From Perna viridis (taxonomy: Eukaryota): DNA of 64,000 nucleotides. This document shows, piece after piece, positions 1-11,889 of this stretch. The DNA lies in the NCBI GenBank assembly GCA_037379345.1, contig CM074519.1, positions 11,738,699 to 11,802,698 on the forward strand, in the 5' to 3' direction. The notes beneath the pieces are model-generated. The model had not been told where the DNA came from. It searched no databases and saw only the letters and a list, made by a program, of their open reading frames with translations. Within the stretch, counting starts at the first letter, position 1. Every line of letters begins with the position of its first letter. Position numbers and translations under genes: made by a program.

Positions 1-178
1 TATGCTCTTTGTTGTGTTTGTATGTTTTCTCTATCTGGTTTGTGTCCGTGGATTACATTATTTTGATTTCTGCTAGAGTCTTGGTTCCCTTGATTACTTT
101 TTGAACAAAGTTTGAGCAAACTCCAAATGGTATTTGAAGACCACATAACCCTTTTCAAAAGTACTTTTTTGTAGCTTA

Positions 179-428
179 GGCCAAGAAAAAAACATATCTG
201 TTTAAAGTTACCCTACCTACCCTTTTTTTTGCCTACCCTAGCACATTTTTTGGGGGTTTTTTTTCATGAAATGCCACTTTATTTTCATTTTTAAGTTAAG
301 CACTATTAAAGTCCAGAAATCCTCACATGAGTGTCTATATAAAATAATTTAAAAAAATAAAATAAATTTATCTACCTGTTTACATATTTGTTCATCCAAT
401 GTAACCAAAATGGTTTTTTTTCTTGGCC
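179..428. mobile_element. Non-autonomous DNA transposon (MITE) with GGCCAAGAAAAAAA terminal inverted repeats
   Basis: ggccaagaaaaaaa at 179 and its reverse complement tttttttcttggcc ending at 428; no coding capacity; TTA on the left flank (PIF/Harbinger-like, superfamily uncertain). Confidence 0.6.
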
Positions 429-729
429 GTGATAGAAGCACTGTTGCTAGAAAGAATCAGCTATTTTATTTCAGGTCAGACTGTTACTTATCAGCAACTT
501 AATCGATTTTCAGTTGTTCTCTCTGTCCGATATTGTCCATTTTAGGTTACTGTCATGATACTAAAAAATATTGGCAACATCCAATGACACTATTATCTCA
601 AATCGACTGTGACATTGTCAATAAGCATAATAATATGAGATTTGAACATCTAGACAGAACAACACATCTTGTTCTGTAGGGTTTACTGTGATATTTTATG
701 TCCTGATCTCAAACTGTCTTTATTCTGTA

Positions 730-1081
730 TACACAGGAAAAACACTTGAAAAACATATGTTTATCATAAGTTAAAGACGACCATGAAAAACAAATGTTTA
801 TCATCATATGTTTATCATAAGTTTAGGACTACCATGAAAAACATGTTTCTAAATAAAGCATTCATGAAAAACGATTAAATAAAAGGCATGTGGTGTTTTT
901 TTATGTTTTCAGTAGGATTTCACAAGTGAAAAACGTTTGGTTTTCATATGATTTTCCAAAAAAAAATGTGATTTTATAAGTTTTTAAAAGCACAAAAACA
1001 TATATTGATCATGCTGGTCCCAAACATATGTTTCCATATGTTTTAAAACATGAAAACATATGGTACAATTTTTCCTATGTA
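730..1081. mobile_element. MITE, (TA)CACAGGAAAAA-TIR family, copy 1 (paxillin intron)
   Basis: tacacaggaaaaa at 730-742 and tttttcctatgta at 1069-1081 (one mismatch); interior made of aaaacatatgttt-like subrepeats; same termini recur at ~22575 and ~31047. Confidence 0.65.
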
Positions 1082-1334
1082 TTTGTTCCAGGAGTCGGTG
1101 AATGTTATGAATTTCAGTCTTTCCGTGCAAGAATACTCATTTAAATCTCCTAAATTTGAGCTTTGTTTAAATCTGATGATTCATATTTTACAACAGAGCT
1201 GCTGTATTCCATTTAAAAAAAAAATGTTTCAGTGGAATTCATCAGTTTTATATAACAGAAACATTGTAAATTTATATCACAACATATTAAAGCTTTAGAT
1301 GAAAAATGTATTGATTACAAAATGTTGCTTTCAG

Positions 1335-1449
1335 AGATGACTATCTAGAAATGTTTGCCCCTAGATGTGGAGGCTGTGGAAGACCTATACTAGACAACTA
1401 TATCTCAGCCCTTAGTCGACACTGGCATCCCGAGTGCTTTGTCTGTAGA
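1335..1449 (+). CDS. pxn: Paxillin, penultimate coding exon (end of LIM2, first half of LIM3)
   Basis: Acceptor ttgctttcag|, donor |gtaagt at 1450; reads [38 protein letters not shown], a paxillin LIM3 sequence; phase 0 join to the next exon. Confidence 0.95.
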
Positions 1450-1869
1450 GTAAGTATAAACAGTTGAACAATAACAATTTACTTGAGATAGTGTTTCATG
1501 AACTGTTTGTCTTATTTATTAAATGCAATCATTTGATATGGTATACCTTAAAAATACAATGTCCAATGAAGTTTCTCATAAACTGATCCATATAAGTATG
1601 TCATGCTGAGGGGTAAAAAGTATGTGATGGTGATACAGGTCCAGACATGTAATGGGTCTTGTTATGTATTAAATTTTCTCAAATGTTTGCAACATTAAAC
1701 ACAATTTTCAGTAAATCTGCTTGTGGATCAGTGACCAAAGAAAAACTGCAGAATTTGATATCTATGAATAATAACATTCATTCATTATTTGTACAAAACT
1801 CAATTATACTGAAACATATTCTGGTGTAGCAGAGGTAAAGACTTATCACAAACCAATTTTTTTTAATAG

Positions 1870-2136
1870 GACTGTGGCCAACCTTTTGGTGGAAGAAGTT
1901 TCTTTGAACATGAAGGACTACCCTATTGTGAAACTCATTACCATGCTAAGCGTGGATCACTTTGTGCCAGCTGCCAGAAGCCAATAACAGGCCGATGTAT
2001 TACAGCAATGTTTAAGAAATTTCACCCAGAACATTTCGTTTGTGCGTTTTGTCTGAAGCAGCTGAACAAAGGCACATTCAAGGAACAGAATGATAAGCCA
2101 TATTGTCACCCATGTTTTGTGAAACTGTTTGGTTAA
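1870..2136 (+). CDS. pxn: Paxillin, last coding exon (end of LIM3, LIM4, stop)
   Basis: Acceptor ttttaatag|; reads [88 protein letters not shown], the canonical paxillin-family C-terminus; TAA at 2134-2136. Confidence 0.96.
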   Translation, partial: DCGQPFGGRSFFEHEGLPYCETHYHAKRGSLCASCQKPITGRCITAMFKKFHPEHFVCAFCLKQLNKGTFKEQNDKPYCHPCFVKLFG

Positions 2137-2853
2137 AAAGATATTTGTTTAGTCTGTATTCAGTACTGGTCTTACTAAACGTCAGGCAAAGTCGGTTACA
2201 TTAAAAAAAAACTAATTGTTTCAAGTAGATTACTTTTTAAGACTCATGAATAAGAGCTCTGTGAATGAATTTGGAAATTAAAGCCATTAAATTCAATCTG
2301 GTAATTATTGAAAACTTGTTTTTGTATTTCCAGGGAATACTGTTTCTTAGATACCAACATTTACATAAAAAAAATTTTTTTTTTGGCTAAAAGCTGACAT
2401 TTTGTAGACACAAAATTGTTCTGCTTTCTAAATTTTGTAGTTAGAAAATTAGGATGACAGTTTTTTAAATGAAATTAGAATTCTTACAAGCAGTACATTT
2501 TGCCTGACTTCTACTTGGACCATTACTTTTACATTGAATGATATTTTATCACTAAGTAGATATAAATTTATTACAATTTTAATCATTATAACATTATTTT
2601 TATTTGTGATTCGTAAAATTGTTATAAAATTTTGTATACTGTCATAAAGAGAATATATTTATACAATTTCATCATTATTTGTATGACTAATCAGTTTCTA
2701 TATCTGATGTCTGTTTTGTATTTTTCCACTTTTTTGCTTATTTTTTCCAATTTTCATTCATAGTCATGAACAAGTACTGTTTATCTGTGAACTTTTTCAT
2801 GTTCGTAGTTTGCGGTTTTTTTGGTTTTTTTTTTCAGGAGCCAAATTTTTTAT

Positions 2854-3207
2854 TACTGTAAAATCTGAAATTATTGCACAGATTTACTAATGCCATTTTG
2901 TCATTTTGGTTTAAAATATATTTTTATTCAAGGCAATTTTTAATTTTGTGATTTTAGAAAAATCTTGCTTCATTAATGTAAAAAAATCAACAGTACATAA
3001 TTTTTATTTGATTGTTAATCAGATATTGTGGAATAATAAAAAACAGTGCACTAATTTTTGAATTAACAGTATTAGTGAAAAACTATTTACACTTTGAATA
3101 TATGAATCAAAATTTAGAAAGTGGTATTTTTATTGTTATGCATTTTGTAATCAGTTATTTCAGTATTTGCAATATGACAAACTACAATAATTTCTGAATT
3201 TATAGCA
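2854..3207. mobile_element. Degenerate MITE (TACTGTAAA-type ends) in the putative paxillin 3' UTR
   Basis: tactgtaaaatctgaaattattg at 2854 is approximately the reverse complement of caataatttctgaatttatagca ending at 3207. Confidence 0.5.
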
Positions 3208-3259
3208 GATCATACTTACTTCTTAATCAATGAAAGCAGTATTATTGGCTGATGGATTA

Positions 3260-3493
3260 CAGTTAATTCTGTCCTAACCAAACACGTTTTTGGACTTAAA
3301 ACATGTTCTGTTTAGACAGATGGTTTATAGTGTACCAAGGTCCATTGATGTAACAGGACTTGACAAAGTGTCTGGTTTAGACAGCTGATCATGGTTCAGT
3401 ATATGATTGAATTGATATAACAGGACTTGACAAACTGTCTGGTTTAGACAGGTGATCAGATTATACAGGGTTTGGTATAGACAGGTTTCACTG
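3260..3493. mobile_element. Tc1/mariner-pogo-like MITE (TA|CAGT...ACTG|TA) in the putative paxillin 3' UTR
   Basis: ta|cagttaattctgtcctaacc at the left end and ggtatagacaggtttcactg|ta at the right end; internal ggtttagacag subrepeats; related copy at 60364-60536. Confidence 0.6.
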
Positions 3494-3788
3494 TATATGT
3501 CTGTCCAAGTAGTATTATATATAATTCAACATGGTGAATCAACACCATCAATAATTCTAACTCAGAGGTGCAGTTTAAACATAATTGAAATGACATTTCA
3601 TCTTTTCATTGGCTCAGTTTTTACAGGTGTCATAATTTGTAATCAGCTTTCTTATATCCTCAATAATACCATGTATACTGCTTTTGAGATTTGGAGAAGT
3701 TTATTTTTTATAAACTGGATATTATTATTTATATACATGTACATTTATACATGCATTTCATTTTGGTGTTAGTATTGAATTTTTTATG

Positions 3789-3794
3789 AATAAA
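3789..3794 (+). terminator. Candidate polyadenylation signal for paxillin
   Basis: AATAAA ending a ~1.65 kb U-rich tract after the stop codon, followed by T/GT-rich sequence; other AATAAA sites exist, so the choice is tentative. Confidence 0.4.
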
Positions 3795-3986
3795 TGGAAT
3801 TTTTTTTAGTCTTGTTTTACTCATAAAATTCAGGTAGTATGTTTACTCCGGAAGAAAACTTTATTACCCATTAGTTGTGGTCTATTGTTTTTGTTTTGTT
3901 CTTGTTTAGTGAGAAATATTTTTAGATTATTGGGATGGATGCAGGAACTTTTTAAGTAGCAGTATTTATAAAAATAAGACAGGATA

Positions 3987-6440
3987 TGATTCATGCATGT
4001 CAAAAACTCACCAAATTTAGTTTTATTTCTTATTCAGAATCAGTTACATACCACATAACCAGTCTTGGTTTTTCATTTGGATGTTGCACTTTTGACATAA
4101 AATTTATATAGATTGTACATTAAATTAGCACTTTACAAGAGTTATCGTTCTTGATTTAGGTTGAATTTAGTGGGAGATGAATGTATGATTTTCTCAAAAG
4201 TGCGGATTAGAACACAGAAAAGACTAATGTTACCTTAAGATATAGCATCTGAAGACATTATTTGTTCGGTGTGTTTTTCTACACTATGAATCACCTATAC
4301 CATAGGCAGTGTCTGAACTTTAAATGGAATGGTATATAACACAGACAGAAGCATTAACATAAAGTCTGTGTACTTACTGCTAGATATTAATCAATCTGAC
4401 AGTATACTTTTACTCGAGGAGGTCTTCTCTATTTGAAATAACGGTATTTGATTTCTGCATCACTAGATGTGTTTGGAAATTTTTCATTAAAATATAAGAC
4501 AAGTGAAGTTTTGAAAGAATTATCTGCCCCTGAATGTGTTAATTTGCAGTACATTTCAATGTTATAATGAATCATTTAATCCAAATATAGTTAATTTTGC
4601 CTCCATCCTTTGATTTTAATGATAAAAAAAGTTCAATTACACTGTTATAAAATTGTGGATTATTTTATGCAAAGTTTCACCCACTGCCTGATCCTTACAA
4701 ATGACTTTTCAGTAACCAAGCTTCCAAATCATTCAAGCAATTTTGCTGTGAATTGATATACATTTGTACCATTGAAAAAGACAAACAGAAAACCACACAA
4801 ATGCAATTTTTAATGAGAAATTTACAGGTACGTAATATTTTCTATGTAGAGAGTATCATACCCTCATGTTTTCTTTTCATGTAAACAATGGTACAGATTT
4901 ATTATTCATACCCTTATTATCCAAACTCAGAACAGTATTTATTAATATTAAAAAGGTAAAAGTACTTAATAGTAAAAATTATACTGGATATGATTAAGAA
5001 GTTTGTTTTTTTACCACTATAGAGTGTTGCATGGTTTTGTAAACCACAAAATTAAATAAAATAATTCATTTTGAAAAACAAGGTGTCATACTAGAATCAT
5101 ATTCTAAAAAATTCACCAGTCTGCTAGTACATATGTATCTATTTGAATTAAGTATAGTATTTGTAATTACATGTACATTCACAGTCAAGTCATTAATATG
5201 TATTATTTTGGTTTCATTTTACAATTTTGTGGCATGGACATTTTTTTCAAGCACTTTATATGAGTTGGAAGAAGGTAGAAGTATTAAGTCTTTTTGAAAA
5301 TCAGACTGAAGGTCATTCATGCATGTCAAAAATGCATTAAATTCAGTTTCATTTCTTGTTCAGAAAGAGTTACTGATCACATTTTCAGTCTTAGATTTCA
5401 TTTGGTTGTTGCACTTTTGAGATAAATATACATGAAATTGGCACTTTGCAAGAATTATCGTTCTTGATTTTGGTTGATTTTAGTGGGAGATAAATGTATG
5501 ATTTAATCAAAAATGCAGATCTGAATACAGAAATAACTATCCTTTTGTTAAAATATAACACATGTAGACAGAAAAAGCATCATTGGTTTGGTTGGTTTTT
5601 CTACACCATGAATCACTTTACCATTGAAAGAGTCTGAATTTTATGTGGACAGGTACTTGATATGTGTAAATTGTAGATTGTGAGATGGGCCAAATCTTCA
5701 TGTTGAAGTATTTGATTAACTATGAAAATATTGAACATAAATGTAAAATTAAGATATTTTTCATTCAGCTAAATATACAAATAAATATGCAAAATATGAA
5801 TTTAGTTTTATTTTTCACAGTGTATTAAATCTGAAGGTGTCACTTGTTACAGAGATCAGAAATTAAGTGATATTTGGTCATGAAATGAATTTTGTCCTCA
5901 TTTTAACCTCAATTTTTGGTGTTCCATGTTATATCTAGAGTTGTCTAGTCATTTAAGTGATTTTAGTTTTAGTTGGTAGTTGAGTCCTGTGCAAAAAAAA
6001 ACATAGTAAATACAAGGAAAACCATGATGTAAATGAGGGACAGGATATCCAACCAAATAGACAGTATATATCACAGTTAACTAAAACAATCCTCACAGAA
6101 ACTGAAGTATTAAAAGTATTAAGTGTTTGTAAAAATCAGGCAACATGGGAAAAACCACAAGCATGCATGTCAAAAACCTACCAATCTGACAATGAATGCT
6201 TTCTTTTCAAAAAAAACCATTATAATGATCTCTGCATCACTGGCTTTGTTCAGAATTTTTCAATAAAATCTTAGAAAAATGAGGTTTTTGACAGAGTTAT
6301 CTGCCATTGAAGTACCATCCAGCATGATATGGAAAATTTTGTCTGTTTTCCTTGATTCTGATGGTGAAAATACACAAATTAAACTATTAAAATAGTGTTT
6401 ATTTCATACAATGTTTCACCCACCGCCTGATTCTTACAGA
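3987..6440 (+). repeat. Diverged local duplications between paxillin and the DUF3987-like gene
   Basis: Block starting ttcatgcatgtcaaaaa (~3990-4340) is repeated at ~5316-5650 and partly at ~6161; block ctgcatcact...gtttcacccactgcctgatccttaca (~4455-4700) is repeated at ~6232-6440. Confidence 0.65.
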
Positions 6441-7307
6441 TACTGACACTTAATAGTAAACTTGGACTGTACTAAAAACTAAAAGTATTCACTAGGTGCA
6501 CCGGTGGGTTATGCATTCTCTGCTGAGTTGCTTATTTGATTCCATATCTGGTTAATGGGGGGGGGGGGTAATTTCAACAGAGGAGAAATATTTTTTGTAG
6601 CAATGTTGAATTCAGAAAACTCTTACCCTACAGGCCCCATGTGTACCCTGTATTTTGAGTTCTTGATACCACTTGAACATTTTCCCTTAAATCACAGTCA
6701 TTCTGTTTAGACGAATACGAGTGAAGCACCGTCAATCATTACGTTTGTGGGGTGTCAGAAAAATAATTGCTTCAAACTCGGCATGACTTCGTAGATATAG
6801 ATACAAATTAATAATCTATATCTAAGAAAACCCAAAATCGAGTTATATCCCATTATACGTTCATTCCACAAAAATGTTAAAAAATTTTCAATTTGCATTT
6901 TATTCGGCTTTATTTACCTGTAATTATTTCGTGTTTAAAGTCAATAAAATACGCAAAATGTACAAAAAATTTTTTCTTCCTTTTTTATGTTTTTGAACGA
7001 CTTGTGAAAAAAACAGAGACTTAGGTTGTATTAATAACGATTATAGGGTTTTTTTTAACATTTTTCCCCTTCTTTATTAAATGTAGTTTGTTATGTTTTT
7101 TTTTTTTTTGACTATTGATTTATTCTATTTTATTTATGAGGTCTTTTAACTCTAGATAGTTCGTTTTGTCTGTGTTTTGTAAGTACAATACAAACATAAG
7201 AAAACGGTTGTTGCCAATTTATATAAACTTATATTAAGTACATTAATAATCACAGACATTTGTAATGTCTACCTGAAGGATTTACACTGGACCCTTAAAT
7301 TTTCTCG

Positions 7308-8586
7308 TCAGTTATTAAAGACAATTTGATTATCACAGTCATCTTGTTCCTTTTTCATCTGCATAAGTTTCAACTCGTCAAAGACAGTTGTTTCTGGGAA
7401 TGTATCTTCATATTCTTCAGGTGAAATGCGTAACCGCTTTAAAATGTCTTTACCCTTGTCTGACATTTTGGCATGTGTTTCCTTCAGAAACCGGACGGAA
7501 TGACCTCTTAGAACATGCATAGTCCCAATCTCTAAACCCTCGAGTCTTTCAAAGAATCTCGTAGCTGCCCACGATGGATGCGACGTTCGTGGCGATTTTT
7601 GTCGGAGGTCCATAGGCACTGGCGGGAACAGCCGATATTGGCAAGCATAAGAGGCGGTAACAATAGCGCCATGAGTAAGTAACAGTTTCTTTATCTTATT
7701 AGCGCATTGCTGGAAGAATATTTCATCATCTGCGTCGTAAATACAACCTTCAAATGGCGGCTGTAAGCTTTTTTGTGACGCGCGGTACACTTTCTTTGCT
7801 TTAGGCTTCTCCATGGTATTATGAGATGAATGTGGTGACGGAATGTTTGTAGAAGACGAATGTGGTGATTTGGAATGTCCATTTTGGAACCGTGGTCCCA
7901 GGCTCATTTGTGGTGGTCTCATATGCCGCGGCATTTGTGGCACAGATGGCGTAATAGGAACAAAGTATTCCATAAAGCGGTTGTCCATCTCATGGCGGTT
8001 ACTGTGCATTTGATTGCGAAATGGTTCTTCAGGTACTGGCGGTCTTAGTTGAAAGTGGTTTTTAATCAGAACCATTTCATTTTCAGGTAATGAATGACCC
8101 ATGCTATCATCAGCGTAGTCATTGTCAAAATTTTTCGATATTACATCGCTCTTTCCAGCCACGATTTTGTCAACTCGAGCATTAGGAGGTATAACCTCGA
8201 TCATTTCATCGTCGAATTCATCAGCGTAACCACCAGTCGTTGTAACGTTCATGCTCCTATCTGACTGGTTGTCGGATTCTACTGTCCAACGAGTGTTGTC
8301 GTTTTCTTCCGTCATTTCCGGCCACTCGTCGTCTGCTTTTGAAGCAAAGAGACACAACTTTTGCTGCAGAACAAATCGAACTATTTGGTAGGCTCGTTTG
8401 ACCTGGCTTCGGTCAATACTTCGAGTTGGACCATCGTCGCTTCCGTTTTTCTTATTCACACCACTGGTGAGGGCAGCCAGAATAGCGGAGAGTCTTGCCA
8501 AGTGTCCACCAGCTTGATTTATGGAACCGAAAACCATTTTGTTGTCAATATATATCCTCTTCATACGCTGGAAAATCTCGAGACAT
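7308..8586 (-). CDS. DUF3987-like (MCM-related P-loop ATPase) gene, exon 2: helical lid, low-complexity linker, putative C-terminal winged-helix-like domain
   Basis: Acceptor ttttgcatttcattcttgcag| at 8587 lies inside the 450-aa ORF; phase 2 matches the exon 1 donor (ag|a = Arg). Contains HLARLSAILAAL...SIDRSQVKRAYQIVRFV, resembling the DUF3987 C-terminal helices. 845+1279 nt = 708 codons including the stop. Confidence 0.8.
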
Positions 8587-9484
8587 CTGCAAGAATGAAA
8601 TGCAAAATGCTTATACAACATTTCTGGACGAGCTCCATGTTGGTCAAGGTCCTCATACATGTATACAAATATATCAGATATTTGTTCAGGTATTTACTTA
8701 TTGAGTATCAGTGATGGATCTAGAAATTCCAAGAGGGGAAGCTAGTTTTTTTTATTGTTTTCTATAAAATCAACCAATTAATGTGGTGGCCCTTCGGGGT
8801 CCTATTGGATATGGGTATGCATACATTGAACCATAAAGATTTTATAATCTGACTCGTCAAATCCTGAAAAAAGACCTTCAAAACTGTTTTAAGAATTGAA
8901 GATATTTCATACAGGATCTGAAACAATGAATTCTAACAACACCCTCCTTAAATGACAAAACACATGTTCAGTTCCGGAGTTGTATAGACAAGTTTCATTA
9001 ATTTATTGCCGAGTATAAGCTTGTAAATAAAGGGGAGTGGAGTCAAACTTCGACCTCGCAAACACCAAAAGGAAGCGAGGTCAAACTAAGGACTCCCAAG
9101 CAAGGTTCTGAATTGCTTACCCGGCTTAATAGGCAACATTTCATTTTTTTTGTAAAAGCAGCCATGTTTTTTTCTTGAATAAAAATTCCTAACCCTCACA
9201 CCTAAAAATCAATCGTATCAATTTTCATTGAATTCTGTCAAATTGTATCTGGGAAGAATTTTAATATAATATATATACACGTCTCAGAATGTGACGACTC
9301 TATTCGCTACACTGCTCCATCGGATCAAAATTGATACAGGGAAGATAACGTAAACTTGCAGAAGGTCTGAAAAAATCCCAACGATGTTAGAACTCGTACC
9401 GCTGTGACATCTATGGCAACACCGCCTGCACGAAGTCCAGCGCCCTAGACCACTGGGCCAAAAATTTGACCACAAATAGAAATC

Positions 9485-9785
9485 ATCAAGTTGAACATTT
9501 TTATCCCATGTCAGAATTTTCGTAAACCTTACAAATTTGGAGATATATGCGAAAAAAAAAACTTCTATCTGACCTCTGTTCTATTTTTAGTAACGGCGAT
9601 CATGTTTTTCGACTTACCAAAAATCCCCACATCAGTTAAATGCAAAATACTATAAGGAATATCCATAGCAAGTTTGGTTCTCATTGGTTAATTTTAAATT
9701 AGTGGTTTCAGATGAAAAGAGTTTTGAAAGAGCCGCTTACGGTGACGGACGACGACGGATGCCAATAGCTAACATGGCCCGAAGA
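9485..9785. mobile_element. Fragment of a bivalve-type non-autonomous Helentron/DINE-like element in the intron
   Basis: Contains caagtttggttc...agtggtttcag...gacggacgacgacggatgcc...aatagctaacatggccc, a motif succession I recognise from abundant bivalve interspersed repeats; boundaries approximate. Confidence 0.5.
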
Positions 9786-10350
9786 TGTCAAACTTCTGCC
9801 TCACTGGGAACAAAAGAGTGAGGTCAAATAACGGCCTCACAAGCATCAAAAGAGAGTGAAGTCAATTACGCACTCATGACCAAAAACGGGGAATGAGGTG
9901 AAACAACTAAAAGTAAGGTGAAACTATATCGTCAAAATAAAAAGGGGGAGTGAAGTTTAACTACGTATTCACAAGCAACAAAAGGAATGAAGTAAAATTA
10001 CGACCTCACAAACAACAAAAGGGAGTGAAGTCAAACTAGGGATTCACAAGCAATAAAAGGGAATTAAGTCAATAGACAACAACAAAGAAGAGTAAAGTCA
10101 AACAACGCGGTATGATAGTGTGGACGAACAACGGCCTCAAAGGGTACAAAGGAGTGATGTCAAATTACGACCTCACAAGTTACAAAGGAGTGATGTCAAA
10201 CTACGACCTCACAAGTTACAAAGGAGTGATGTCAAACTACAACCTCACAAGGTACAATGGAGTGATGTTAAACTACGACCTCACAAGGTACAAAGGAGTG
10301 ATGTCAAACTACGACCTCATAAGGTACAAATGAGTGATGTCAAACTACTA
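9785..10350. repeat. 36-39 bp minisatellite (caaaggagtgatgtcaaactacgacctcacaagtta)
   Basis: About 5.5 near-identical 36-bp units at ~10147-10350, increasingly degenerate units back to ~9785, and two further units at ~9030-9102. Confidence 0.9.
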
Positions 10351-11889
10351 CCATTCAGGCAACAGCAACATCTATATTCCGCAAACTTAAAGCCTACGTG
10401 TAGTATGAAAGACACTGCTCGATGTGTTATGTCATACACCCGTAAATGTACGGTACTACTTCGCCTACTCAAGTAATGCTACAGGTTGTCTTGCACAGCA
10501 AACTACTTTCTACTACCACAGAACTCCAAGCTCTTACGTTGTAGGACCAGGCTTCATTTTAATATTTGCTAAAAGACTTTTGGGGAACAGTCTTTTCAGA
10601 ACCCAATAAAAGTCCGTCTAATTAGAATTAGACGCATATTTCTACTTCTTTTTTCCGCAAAAAAAATAAAAATCAGAGAGGCTAGTTTCGAGTACAGTGT
10701 TACCCGCCACGTTAAAATTGTTCGTATCATTTTAGTGTTTATATACTAAACTTTGGCATCTATTTACAAAGCATCTTTGCGAATCCAATATTTCATTAAA
10801 TTGTAGTTTTATCAATTATGATCAAAGTTAAAAACGTAAAAGAGAGTAAATGAAAAATATTTCTTCAACATAAAAACAGGTAGACTCTTAAAGATCTAAT
10901 TGCGCATAACAAGAAAAATAAAATTTAAAAATCGAAAAAGACCTAGTTTAAGAAAAGTTATTGAAGATTTTGAGGTGTAATTTAAGTCTAGAACGAACAA
11001 GCTATAAGCTACATGTATGCATTTCTTAAGGTCATTAAAATATTTGGAACAGTTTCAATTATACCATCTCAAATTCGCCTTGACAAAGAGAAATACACTT
11101 GATTTTAATTGTTCATATGATACATTTTCATTTACGTGTAGCACCATCTTCCGGAATAGCACTTCATACGATGTCAACTAACCTCAATTTGTGCTATGGT
11201 GAAGAACCAATTATGGTATTTTTACAGTTTGGTACTTTCTTAGGTCACGGTGTAAAAAGGGGGGGTGTTGTAATGGCACATTTTTTTTCATAGCATTATT
11301 CAATAAAGTTTTGTATTCTGCTTTAAGACGCACCGTTTAACCCCCTTTTGCAAATCTATAAGTAAAAAACATTTTAAAGCCATATAAACGCTCATATCCA
11401 GCAAACAATCAAAATGATAATGCATATTCGTAAATTTGCGGATTACCCCTGAGAATAAGGATCCGAAAATTGTTTAGTAATAGTGTATAGTCCTATGTAA
11501 TAATACTAGCTAATTCGTTGTGTATTTAATCGACTGTTTAAAATATACATAAACTTCATTCACAGTCCTACACAAAAGATAAAGCTCTTATTTATCAGGG
11601 TATAGCGGATTAAACTCACAAATCTTAATTCCTTATATAGCAATCAATAATTTGACCGTAGTAAAAATACCGAATTGAATTTAAAATCCACCTTACCAGT
11701 ATTTGGATATAGCGACGGATAAAAATGCGAGGTTAGCAGCCGATATAAAGGTTTTTTTACCATTTTAATGGTCTATAAAATCAAAATTCAACAAAGCATG
11801 CAGCCACTCGTTCAAAAGAGACGGTGCATTTCAAAGATTCTTCGTATTCGTCCGCTAGTTTATCTTAAACGCAAACGGTATATATGTAC

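Noticed and set aside
7096-7124. AATAAA followed by an A14 run on the minus strand, suggesting a retrocopy origin of the DUF3987-like gene
   Set aside because: The gene has an intron, no target-site duplication is visible, and such runs are common in this AT-rich DNA.
8587-8660. ATG at 8660 as the start of an independent 450-aa gene
   Set aside because: The first 25 codons include a pyrimidine tract and AG acceptor, and the domain motifs continue from the upstream exon in the right phase.
10112-10476. Repetitive ORFs (YKGVMSNYDLT / SDVKLRPHKVQ)
   Set aside because: By-products of the 36-bp minisatellite, open in two frames and antisense within an intron.
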